Assembly (NCBI RefSeq): GCF_018350175.1
Contig: NC_058368.1
Coordinates: 231,510,001-231,574,000 of the forward strand
Source: Felis catus
Taxonomy: Eukaryota
Length of the DNA stretch: 64,000 nt
Direction of reading: 5' to 3'
Positions within the stretch are counted from its first letter, which is position 1. Each line of letters begins with the position of its first letter. The notes under the pieces are model-generated. The model saw only the letters and a list, made by a program, of their open reading frames with translations, did no database searches and was not told the DNA's origin. A program made the translations under genes and the position numbers. This document shows, piece after piece, positions 24,620-36,368 of this stretch.

Positions 24620-27600
24620 TTAAATAGACTTTAATTCTTAGAGCAGTTTTAGGTTTATAGAAAAATTGAGCAGAAAATAATGAGTTCCCATATGCCCCTT
24701 CCCCCCGACATGCCCAGCCTCCCCTACCATCAACATCCCACACCAGAGTGATACATTTGTTACAACTGATAACCCACACGACACATCACTATCACTCAAA
24801 CATCATGGTTTACATGACATCATACATTCTGTGGGTTTTGACAAATGTATAATGAATGACCTGTATTTACCATAATAGTGTCATACAGAGTATTTTCACT
24901 GCTCTAAAAATCATCTGTGCTTCTTTTATGCATCTTTGTCTCCCACCCTAACCCCCAGAAAACACTGATCTTTTTACAGTCTCCATAGATGCGCTTTTTC
25001 CAGGATGTCATAGAGTTGGAATCATACAGTAGGTAACCTTTCGGCCTGGCTTCTTGCACTTAGTAGTCTGCATTTAAGGCTCCTTCATGTCTCTCCATGG
25101 CTTGATAGCTCATTTATTTTCAGTGCTGAATAATATTCTATTGTTTGGATATACCATATTTTATCAGTTCACTCACTGAAGGCTTCTTGGTTGCTGTTGC
25201 TTTCAAGTTTTGGCAATGATGAATAAAGATGCCATAAACATCTGTGTGCGCATAAGTGTGGACATAAGTTTTCAGCTCATTTGGGTAAATACCAAGGAGT
25301 GGAGGTGCTAGATTGTACGGTAAAAGTATGTTTAGCTCTGTAAGAAACTGTCAAACATCTTCCAAAGTTGCTGTACCATTTTGCATTTCCGCCAGCAGTG
25401 AATGAGAGTTCGTGTTCCTCCACATCCTCACCAGCACTGGGTGGTGTCCTCAGCATTCTGGATTTGGGCCATTCTAATAGGTGTGTAGTCACATCTCATT
25501 ATTGTTTTAATTTTCAGTTTCGTAAGGACATACGATGTGGATCATCTTTTCATATGCTTGTTTGTAATCTGTATATCTTTGGTGAGGTGTCCAGGTTTTT
25601 GCCCATTTTTGAATCTGTTCACTTTCTTATTGTTGAGTTTTCAGAGTTCTTTGTATATTTTGAATAAGAGTTATTTATCAGGTTGTCTTTTGCAAATATT
25701 TTCTTTCAGTCTTGGGCTTTTCTTCTCATTCTCTTGACTGTGGTTTCCACAGGGAAGAAGTTTTTTGTTTTTGTTTTTTAATTTTAACGAAGTCCAGCTT
25801 ATTAATTTATTGTTTCATGGTGCCGGTGTCGGTGTCTTTGGTGTCTTACCTAAAAAGTCATCACTTTTGCCCAAGGTCATCTAGATTTTGTCTTGTTATC
25901 CCATAAGAGTCTTATAGTTTTGTATGTATGTATGTATTTATTTATTTATTTTTAAATGTTTATTTATTTTTGAGAGAGACAGAGTGCAAGCAGGGGAGGG
26001 GCAGAGAGAGAGGGAGAGAGAATCTGAAGCAGGCTCCGTGTTGTCAGTGCAAAGCCTGGTGCCGGGCTTGAACTCACAAATCATGGTATCGTGACCTGAG
26101 CCAAAGTCGGACACTTAACCAACTGAGCCCACGCAGGCACCCCAGCATTTTATATTTAGACCTATGATTAATTCTGAGTTAATTTTGGTGAAGGGTGTAA
26201 GGCCTGTGTCTACGTTTTTGTTTTTGTTTTTTTTTCTTTTTTGCATGTGGTTGTCCAGCTGTTCCAGCACCGTTTGTTGAGAGGCCATCCATTCTCCATT
26301 GTATCACCGGTGCTCCTTTGTCAAAGATTAACTGACTATATTTCTATGGGTCTATTTCTGATCTCTTTATTCTGTTCTATTGATCTGCCTAGTTTGCCAA
26401 TGCAATACTGTCTTGATTACTGTAGCTGTAGAGAAATCCTTGATGTTGGATATTGTCCCTCCTCTGACCTTGTTCTCTATCAGTATTGTGTTGGTTATTC
26501 GGAGTTTTCCACCCTTCGTGGAGATTTTAGAATAAATTTGCCAATACCTACAAAACAAGCGATTGGGATATCTGTGGGGATTACATTGAATCTATAGATC
26601 AAGTTGGGGAAAACTGACATCTTTACAATATTGAGCTTTTCTATCCATGAATATGGAAAATTTCTCCATATATTTAGTTCTTTGATTTTTTTTTTGTTGT
26701 TGGAGTTTTGTGATTTTGTTCAGATAAATCTTGTACACTCAGGTCATGTCATCTGCAAACAAAGGCAGTTTTATTTCTTCCTTCCCCATCTATTACCTTT
26801 TAGTACCTTTTTTTCTTATTGGATTAGCCAGGACCGGCATATGATATTGAAAGGGAATGGTGTGAGAGGACATCCTTGCCTTGTTCATGATCTTAGTGGG
26901 AAAACTAGTTTCTCACTAGTAAGTATGATGTTAGCTGTAAGATTTTATAGACGTTGTTTCTTCAGTTGAGGAATTTGCCCTCTATTCCCAGTTTTCTGGG
27001 AGTTCTTACCGTGAATGGGTATTGAATTTTGTCAAATTCTTTTTCTGCATGTATTGATACAACCATGTGATTTATTTTCTTTAGCCTGTCAATATTATGG
27101 AATTGATTTTCAAATGTTAAACCAGACTTGTATACTTGGGATAAATCCCATGATGTCATGGTGTATAATTTTTTTGAAAAGTTGTTAAATTTGATTTGCT
27201 AATATTGTGTTGAGGATTTTTGCATCTGTGTTCATGGGAGATATATAGTCGTTAGTTTTCTTTTCTTATAAAGTCTTTGTCTGGTTTTGTTATTAAGGTG
27301 GTGCTGGCGTCATAGAATGAGTTAAGAGGCTTCTATCTTTCTCTATCTTCTGAAAGAGATTGTAGAGAATGAGTACATTTTCTCTCTGAAATGTTTGGTA
27401 GAACTCACCAGTGAACCTATCTGAGCCTGGTTCTTCCTGTTTGGAAGGTTATTTAATTATTGATTCAATATCTTTAATAGATACGGGCCTTTTCAGATTG
27501 TCAGTTTTTCCTTGTGTGAGTTTTGGCATATTGTGTCTTTTAAGAAATTGGTCCATTTCATATAGGTTTTCAAATTTGTGGGCATAGAGTTGTTCGTAAT

Positions 27601-28200
27601 ATCCCTTTATTATCGTTTTAATGTCCATGTAATCTGTTATATTCCCTCTTTCATTTCTAATATTAGTAATTTGCGTCTTCTCTATTTTTTTATTTTATTT
27701 TTTTTAGTTAGCCTGGCTAGAGAATTATTGAGGTTTTTTTTTTTTTTTTGGATCTTTTCAAAGAACCAACCTTCGGTTTCATTACCTTTCTGATTGGTTT
27801 CCTCTCTTCAATTTTATTGATTTCTGCTCTAATTTTTATTATTTCTTTTCTTTTGCTTACGTGGATTTACTTTGCTCTTCCTTTTCTGCTTTTCTAAGGT
27901 GGAAGCCTAGATGATCAGTTTTAGATCTCTCTTCTTTTCGAAGACATACTTTCAATGCCATAAATTTCCCTCCAGGCACTGCTTTCACTAAATCCCACAG
28001 GTTTTGGTAAGTTGTATTTTAATTGTCAAAATATTTAAACATTTCTCTTGCCATGTCTTCTTTATGTACAAGCGTGTTGTTTCATGCCAAGTGTTTGAAG
28101 GTTTTCCAGCTGCCAGCGACCTCTAGTTTTAGTTCCATCATGGTCCAAGAGAAGGCGCTGTGGGATTTCCACTCTTTTAAACGTGTCTGATGGCCCCGGA
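24620..28200 (-). mobile_element. Ancient L1 (L1MC-like) 3'UTR plus degraded ORF2, ~3.5 kb, containing a SINE
   Basis: The end AAATAGACTTTAATTCTTAGAGCAGTTTTAGG resembles L1MC. Minus-strand peptides are ORF2-like (e.g. KEFDKIQYPF, ATVIKTVLHW). Confidence 0.88.
25935..26143 (-). mobile_element. CanSINE within the old L1
   Basis: Reverse SINE body with a (TATT)n tail. Confidence 0.9.
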
Positions 28201-29083
28201 TGTAGTTGCTGTTGCTGTTGTTGTTGTTGTTGTTGTCGTTCAGCTTCTTACTTGTTGAGATGGAGTTGTGACTCCCAAGCTCCTTACATGTTGGGTTAGA
28301 AACCAGAAGTTGAAATTTTATAAGGAAGCATCGTACTGGTTTCTGGCCAGCCAAGCAGTAACATGTTAGGCAGTAATGAGTCTAGCACGTCGTCTAGAAC
28401 AGCACTTGCTGCCCTCAGTTCATACCTACCTAGGCAGCATCCAGTCACATAATAAACTTATGAGGAAGAAATTTATAAAAGAGATTTTACAACCTCACAG
28501 ATCGTTGGCAGGTCTACAGAGGAGAGCATGGTATTCGATGACACAGCGAATTTAAGAGCCGTTCAACTCTGTGGGGGGTTCCCCAGGTGTTAGTTGTGAT
28601 GTCTTGGCGTGCTGGTGATCTCTGGGAGACAGCGGTAACACCAAGTAGCAATGGGAGATGAACAGGAACGAAATCTTGCAGTCCAGTGAGGGCACCAGTC
28701 CTGAAATCCCTTCATTCAGTTCAGGTCTGCTGGGTTGGACTTGGGAAGATGATAAATAGGCCGGTGCAGGTGCAATTACCCGGTGGTCAGTTAAAGCAAA
28801 AAAAACCCTGGGTGAAATAAGTGAGGGACCATCTATTATGTGCGGCACCTGCCAAAGCTATTTTTCTAGGCTAGTTGCACTTTTCTTTTATTCTCCAGAA
28901 AACGAATAGAACAATTTGATTTGCAGTCTCCCTGCCTCACTGTGGTCTACACCCACATCACTTCATGCTTGCGTAATTGAAATTGTTTTCCCACGATTGC
29001 CCAGCTTTCTTTCTCCCTTCCAATTCATTCTTACCGCAGGAAAATGTATTCCCTAAAATACCCCATTTATCGTGTACACTCCC

Positions 29084-29317
29084 TTGTTGTTGTTTTTTTT
29101 AATTTTTTTTTTCAACGTTTATTTTATTTTTGGGACAGAGAGAGACAGAGCATGAACGGGGGAGGGGCAGAGAGAGAGAGAGACACAGAATCGGAAACAG
29201 GCTCCAGGCTCCGAGCCATCAGCCCAGAGCCCGACGCGGGGCTCGAACTCACGGACCGCGAGATCGTGACCTGGCTGAAGTTGGACGCTTAACCGACTGC
29301 GCCACCCAGGCGCCCCA
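29084..29317 (-). mobile_element. Young felid SINE
   Basis: TSD ATCGTGTACACTCCC at 29069-29083 and 29318-29332. Confidence 0.95.
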
Positions 29318-29726
29318 ATCGTGTACACTCCCTTTTAAAAAGTTTCCAATGGCCCCCATTACATACAGGACCAAGTATAGATGCTCGCTGATATTCCAGA
29401 TCTTCCAAGTGTTCAGACTAGAGACTTGTCGATAATTTTTTCTCACTCTTTCCTGGCACCCACTTTCACCTCTGGCCATATTGTTGTCCATATGAGCAAA
29501 TGCCCTTTTCTGTGTCTGTGTCTTTGCCTGTTCCCTCTCTTTATTCAGGTGGACACTCTCCTCTCTGCCTAAACAAACTCTGCTTAATTCCACCGTGGTC
29601 CGAGATAAGGTGCTGTGTGATTTCCACTCTCTTAAAGGTGTTATGGTGTGTCTAATGCTTCAAGTCCTGCTGAAATCATCTCCTCTGAGAACATGTTTTT
29701 TTGACCATTTCAATCCCCAGTGTCTC

Positions 29727-30849
29727 TGTGAAACAATAAGAAACATACATGTTGGTCTCTACCCCTGTTCGTACACAGAGCTCCTAAAACCCTTGTAAAT
29801 AGAGGTACTAGGAGAATCTTTTTTTTTAAGTGTTTATTTACTTTTGAGAGAGAGAGACAGAGCATGAATGGGGGAGGAGCAGAGACAGGGGGGCACACAA
29901 TCCAAAGCAGGCTCCAGGCTCTGAGCTGTCAGCACAGAGTCTGATGCGGGGCTCAAATCCACAAACTGTGAGATCAAGACCTGAGCTGAAGTCAGACACT
30001 TAACCGACTGAGCCACCCAGGGGCCCCGGAAAATCTTTTGTTCTAATAGTCTTTGACCCTGGTTCCTGGCACAGAGCTCCTAAGACTTTATAATTTCCTG
30101 AGTGACAAGAGCGTTTGATACTGAGCATCTAAATCTCTTGGAATTCCCTGGGGGATGGAATGCCTTTTGTTCCAAAGAGCTGACTCTTGATGGGCTCCTG
30201 GATGGGGGTTGGTCACCAGAGAACTTTCAGGCCCTCCCTCCATTGTCTAAGAAGGGAGAGGTGCTGGAAATAGAGTTAATAATCAATCATGCCTGCATGA
30301 GGGAGCCTCTGTAAAAATCCCAATAGTGTGGAGTTCGGGAAGCTTCCAGGCTATGGAACACATACACATGCCAGAAGGGTACTACACCCCAACTCTACGG
30401 GGACAGAAGCTCCTGCATTCGGGACTCTCCCAGACCTGTGTTATCTCTTCATATGGCTGTTCTTCTGTATCTTTTATTATATCCTTTATTGAATAATAAG
30501 CTAAATGTTTCCCTGAGTTCTGTGAGCCATGCTAGCAAATGATTGAATTCATGGAGGGACGCCAGAATCTCTGATTTGTAACCAGGTTGGATTGAGATCG
30601 TGGAAAACCTGGGGACCCATTATCTGTGATTCATGTCTGAAGTGGGGACAGACAGTCTTGTGGGACGGAACCCTTAACCTGTGGGGTCTGCCCCAACTCC
30701 CATTAGTGTTAGAATTGAGGTGAAGGGTAGGGCACCCCGCTGTTGTTGGAGGATTGTGGGGGGTGGGTGGAAAATTCACACGTCTGCCGTCAGAAGCCAA
30801 GTGCGGTGGTTGTGTGGGAAGCAGGAAAAACTAGTGTTTTTCTGACACA
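29727..30849 (+). mobile_element. Solo LTR (MER21-like) containing a SINE at ~29818-30027 (-)
   Basis: TG...CA termini with intact 5-bp TSD GTCTC (29722-29726 and 30850-30854); the repeated ACAGAGCTCCTAA motif is recalled from MER21. Confidence 0.82.
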
Positions 30850-31823
30850 GTCTCCGTTTTCAGCTCCTACATCATTTCTGGACAGTGACATTCGTTTGTC
30901 ATTCACCACCTTTCACATTCATTTGTTCTGATTTTAAAATCAAATTCAGAACCAAATTCCTTGAGAGCTGCACCCATGCACCACCCTTCTTGGTAATCGT
31001 CACAGTAAATATTTGATGAATGAATGAATGCTACAAAACAGCAGTGAATCTGAGGCAAAGGATCATGCCTGGGGTGGTGGGGGGTAGGTGGGAGACAAGG
31101 GCAGGGAAACTGAGTTCTGAACCGAGAGACCTTCCTCAGAGTCTGTCCCTGATAAATAGTTCTGTTGGGCGAAGCTCAGCCAGCATTGTTCTTCCTGGCA
31201 TAAGTTAAATCTCTTTGAGCAAGTGTATCTTAAAATATCGAGTGATAACTTAGACACAATGAAACATACCCTTCCTTTTGTGTAAACTGCCTGCGATCTG
31301 CCCTGGGGGCGGGCTGCACTTTATTGAATGCGGTGCTACATTTGATACTGAAGCAGAGTGAAATCCACTGACCTATTTGGAATTGCACTCTGGGCTGGGG
31401 CCACCTCCCTTCCCATGATGTCCTGACCACCTGGACTCCGTCCAGGGCCACCTCTCAGCTTTGTTGCTTGCACAGAAGCCCTGTACCGTTGTGGATCCTT
31501 TCTAGAACACTGATCAGAGAAAAGCACTTATAATGCACATTGTTTTCATCGCTGTTTGCTTAGACCTCAGTTTTTATGTTTCGAGAGGTGGCTGCTTATG
31601 TAAAATTTTCACCTCTAGCTATTTGATTGTTTTCTGTTTGAACTGGGAGAAGGAAACAAAACAAAACAAAACAAAACAAAACCCTCCTGGTGCTCTGGTT
31701 CAGAGAGCTTGGGCCACGTGAAAGGGACTGGAATAGAGAAATTAGCAGAATGGTCATGCCTGTCCCTCTGAACACATCTTTCGGTCACGTATCCTATAAT
31801 TTTCCTTTAAAATACTTTAGCAC

Positions 31824-32036
31824 GGGGCGCCTGGGTGGCTCAGTCGGTTGAGCGTCCGACTTCGGCTCAGGTGGTGATCTCACAGTTCGTGGGTTCAAGC
31901 CCCGCGTTGGGCTCTGTGCTGACAGCTCAGAGCCTGGAGCCTGCTTGGGATTCTGTGTCTCCCTCTGTGCCCCTCCCCCGCTCACACTCTCTCTGTCTCT
32001 CTCTCAAAAATAAAGAAATGTAAAGAAAATTAAATA
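31824..32036 (+). mobile_element. CanSINE
   Basis: SINE body; TSD AAAATACTT(T/G)AGCAC. Confidence 0.93.
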
Positions 32037-32593
32037 AAATACTTGAGCACAGGCAGTGTGGAGGGCTAGTTAGTTTCACTCTGTGTCCTGGGGGAGGTTC
32101 ACACTTACGGTGTCCTGCAGAGGCGTGTGTATTGCAGCAGTGCAGCCGTTAGCTTGTAAAGATGCCTCGCAGTTGAGCTCCCTCTGCCCCAAATCTTCAT
32201 GCAGTTTCATCTGCAAATCTCTGCACTGGAGGTTTGTTAATTAGGTAAGGGTGTTTGGAGAGAACTTTGAGGGAAACAAGCGGTGCTCAGCATCCTCGAA
32301 ACGCGCGTGTTGGTTCAACTCTGCCCAGTGCCCTTGCCCTTCCGCGGACAGGAGTGCAGGAGCTTGGAGGTGCCGGCAAGATACTTGTGCACCTTTGGAG
32401 TGTTGCCCTTGGCCTAGGGCTCTGCTGCATTTTGTTTCCTGCCTCTTAATTGAGCAGTCTGTGTCCAGATCATGCAAGGTCCTCAAGGAGTACCCCAGGG
32501 GCTGAGCTTCCGAGAGCAGCCCCTCTCACCTGCTTGCCAGGAAACATCCAGGTGTGCGGCAGAATAGTGTTTGAAACCTGCCTTCATGGTGAC

Positions 32594-32607
32594 GTGCCAT
32601 CTGGTGG
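32594..32607 (-). promoter_or_regulatory. Candidate CTCF motif (reverse orientation)
   Basis: Minus strand CCACCAGATGGCAC is an exact match to CCASYAGRKGGCRS. Confidence 0.5.
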
Positions 32608-32763
32608 AGGCAAGGCCATGTGGAAGGGACCCCCTTCCTCGTTCTCGTCTCCAGAGGCCATCAGCATCTGCAGGCAGGATTCAAGTTGAAGTCTAGGTGG
32701 GTTGTCAGAACACATGTACGTACAGTTTCCACCTTGTTCGTCTCACTTAAAGAATTCCCTCTT

Positions 32764-33209
32764 GGGCGCCTGGGTGGCGCAGTCGGTTAAGCGTCCGACT
32801 TCAGCCAGGTCACGATCTCGCAGTCCGTGAGTTCGAGCCCCGCGTCGGGCTCTGGGCTGATGGCTCGGAGCCTGGAGCCTGTTTCTGATTCTGTGTCTCC
32901 CTCTCTCTCTGCCCCTCCCCCGTTCATGCTCTGTCTCTCTCTGTCCCAAAAATAAATAAACGTTGAAAAAAAAAATTAAAAAAAAAAAAAAAAAAAAAGA
33001 ATTCCCTCTTCCGGCACCTGGGTGGCTCAGTCGTGTAAGCCTCTGACTTCTTGGTTTTGGCTCAGGTCATGATCTCACGGCTGCATGGGTTCAAGCCCCG
33101 CATGCTGGCAGCACAGAGCCTGCTCGGATCCTCTCTACCTCTCCCTGCCCTTCCCCCACTCATGCTGTCTCTGTCTCTCTAAAATAAATAAATAAACTTA
33201 AAAAAAAGT
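32764..33209 (+). mobile_element. Two tandem SINEs (young 32764-32995, older 33011-33209) sharing one target site
   Basis: AAAGAATTCCCTCTT at 32749-32763, 32996-33010 and 33210-33224. Confidence 0.93.
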
Positions 33210-33367
33210 AAAGAATTCCCTCTTATCCTAGTGCCAAGAACTGAGGATAAGATTAGGTTACTGTGGCACAAAACGAGAGGTACTTTTAAGATTCAGGATC
33301 CCCCGTCCCCGTGAATGTCTTATTCAATAACCTACTCTCACATTTTCCCATTGGTAATAAAGGATAC

Positions 33368-33818
33368 TGCGATGGTTAATTTTGTGTGTCAACTTGACTG
33401 GGCTAAGGGATGCCCAGATGGTCGGTAAAACATGATTTCTGGGTGTAGTCTGTGAAGTTGTTTCTTGAATCAGTAAACTGAGTGAAGACCCGCCCCCGCC
33501 CAACCCCCTCACCAGTGAAGGTGGGCATCACCCAGTCCGTCAGGGGCCCAAGTAAAAGGAAAAGGCGGAGGAAGAGCGGATGCTGCAAATACTCTGTCTC
33601 TCTCCTTCAGCTGAGACATCCACTTGCTCCTACGCTCTGACACTGGGGCTCCTGGTCCTCGGGCTTTCAGATTCCACCCGCTTTCCTGGTTGCACACGGT
33701 GGATTGTGGGACTTCTCAGCCTCCAGACCCTCGTCAGCCGACTCCTATCATCATCCCCTCTTCTATATCTCTGTATAGCCTACTGATTCTGATTCTCTGG
33801 AGAACCCTGACTAATACA
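33368..33818 (+). mobile_element. ERVL solo LTR (MLT2B-like)
   Basis: TGCGATGGTTAATTTT...GAGAACCCTGACTAATACA; TSD GATAC on both sides. Confidence 0.9.
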
Positions 33819-33960
33819 GATACACATAAGTTGGGGATGTATATGTTTCATAAATGGTCATTCTAGAGTTTAAAAACAATCAGACAAAAAACCAGGCTAG
33901 GAAAATTCGCCTCAGTAATTTTCCCCAGTTGAGATATGTATTGGTCGTTCAAAACTTAGT

Positions 33961-34195
33961 GGACAGAGAGGGAGGGAGGCAAACCATAAGAGACTCTTAA
34001 ATACAGAGAACAAACTGAGGGGGGGGGAGGGGAAAATGGGGGATGGGCATTGAGGAGGGCACTTGTTGGGATGAGCACTGGGTGTCGTATGGAAGCGATG
34101 AACCACGGGAATCGACCCCCAAAACCAAGAGCAGACTTTACACGCTGTGTTAGCCGACTTGACAATAACCTATATTTAAAAAAAAAAAAAAAAAG
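33961..34195 (+). mobile_element. Short carnivore L1 3' end
   Basis: GGGAGGCAAACCATAAGAGACTCTT...poly(A); approximate TSD AA(A/G)CTTAGT. Confidence 0.88.
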
Positions 34196-35491
34196 CTTAG
34201 TCCGTAGACCCACAGGATGACTGTGAGGGGTGGCAGTCCTACTTGGAATTCTGAAGCAAGTCCCAGTGCAATTAGAAAATACATTGTTTTGAAATTCAGA
34301 GAATTAATTCGAGTTAGAATCTGAAGCAGTACGTTGAAGATACGTCCTTCGCCCACGTCTCGTCTCTGACTTTTGCGCCTCCATGTCAATCTGAAACAGA
34401 AAATGGGTTCTTTAATCTGCAGGTTCCTGGCGATTTCATCTTTCTTCCCCTTCAGACCAGTGGCTTCCTGGCTTACATCATCTTCCTGGTAGATTTTGAG
34501 CTGCTTGGTCTACTAGAGGGAGGACCCAGGCTGACCAGAGTCCGGTGACTCCTTTCTAACGCCATTTCAGTAAAAAACGAACCCTCCTCAGAATGAAAAC
34601 ATAGGCGCTCCTGAAAGCTGTCTGTGGATGAAGGTCCAATACGTGCCCACGCTGTCATCCCCAGAACGCTCTGGAACCCGCACACAGCAAATGCCTCTCC
34701 GAGCTCGGGCATGGAAATGCACTTTGCATCATAGCAGACAAAATGAGAACGCGTAGATCTACCTGAAGGTAGCTGAGGTCAACACCCGTGCTTTAGAACT
34801 TGGCATTCCCAGAATCACCCAATGGAGATGAACGGTGTATTGCGTCTAATTAATGACCTCTAGCTCTCCTTTGAAAAGAAGTGAAAAAGCCCCAGATGTG
34901 AGACAGCAAGGGTGTGAGAAGTTCTGTATTCACCATCTATTTTAATAAACAAAAGTCTTTCTGAAATGCAGCATTTTTTTTTTGAAATGCAGCATTTTTA
35001 ACTCAAGAAGAGATTTTTTTTTTTAATAAAGTCTTTTGATTTTCCTTTAAAGTTTCTAGTAGTTTATTTGGGAAAGTTCTGACTGACTGAGATGATAATT
35101 TCAAGACGATCTTGGTGTCAAAAGAAGTGAATACTTGAAGATACCAAAGCGTTACACTGTGCAGCATTTTAGAACATACGGAGCCCTTGACGGTTCAATC
35201 CTCACAATGACCCTTTTGCATAAACAGTATTTCTATTTTATATGTGAGTGCCTGGAGGCAAAGAAATTAAATAATTTGCCTAAAGATACATACACGGTGG
35301 TGGATTATTACCTTGAAGCCACCAATCGCGGATCTTTAGAAAAGACCACAGTAGCTCCCTTTGAAGAATTAGCTGAAGGAAAAACTGAAACCATCCTTAG
35401 CCACCTTTCCTGGTGTTCCAAAAATTCAATAGTGCGGATGTTTTCACTGTAAAATGAGTAAATGCTAAGGCTCTCTAAGAGATCTGTCTTT

Positions 35492-35852
35492 TCAGAGAAA
35501 GACAAATACCACATGAATTCACTCATATGCGGAATCTAAAAACAAAACAAATGAACACACAAATTTTTAAAAAAGCAGAAACAGACCCATAAATGCAGGG
35601 AACAAACTGATGGTTGCCGGAGGGGAGGGGATGGGGGGATGGGCAAAATGGGTGAAGGGGAGTGGGAGATAACGGTTTCCAGTTATGGAAGGAATAAGTC
35701 ACAGGGATGAAAGGCACAGCGTGAGGAATATAGTGGATGGCATTCTAATTGCTTCGTATGGCGAGCACAGCGTAACACACAGAGCCGTCAGATCACTGTG
35801 TCCTACACCTAAAACGAATGTAGCATTTTGTGCGTCAACTAGACTTCAATAA
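35492..35852 (+). mobile_element. Older L1 3' end
   Basis: CAGAGAAAGACAAATACCAC...GGAATCTAAAA...CACCTAAAAC. Confidence 0.8.
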
Positions 35853-36048
35853 GAGGGGGGCGGGGAGGGGGGGAGAGAGAGACCTGTGTCCACGCTCTTT
35901 TTCTGGATCATTTCTTGGGGATCAGAGCCAAGCTGTGGTCTCCCTTCTTTGACTTGTTACCATGCACACGGTAGGCACAGAAACAGATGCATTTGGCAAG
36001 CCCTTCTGCGTTCACGGAATTGAGTTCGTTGTTTAAATATATACAAAA

Positions 36049-36250
36049 CGGGCTCCCAGCTGAGTGTCCGACTTTGGTTCAGGTCACGATCTCATGGTCC
36101 GTAGGTTCGAGCCCCACGTCGGGCTCTGTGCTGACAGCTCCGAGTCTGGAGCCTCGTTCGGATTCTGTGTCTTCCTCTCTCTCTGCCCCTCCCCAGCTGG
36201 TGCTCTGTCTCTCCCTCTCTCAAAAATAACTAAACTCCAGTTTTTGTTTT
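36049..36250 (+). mobile_element. CanSINE (altered head)
   Basis: SINE body; TSD TTTAAATATA(TA)CAAAAC. Confidence 0.88.
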
Positions 36251-36354
36251 TTAAATATACAAAACAATTAGCAAATGTAGAAAATGAGGTCCTTGCCTTC
36301 AGAGTGTTTAAAAGATCAGCTTGAAGTACTTAGACCTAGAATAGATTGCCAGAA

Positions 36355-36368
36355 AGGTCATGAGGTCA
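36355..36368 (+). promoter_or_regulatory. Perfect nuclear-receptor DR2 (AGGTCA-TG-AGGTCA)
   Basis: Exact sequence, outside any recognised repeat. Confidence 0.4.
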
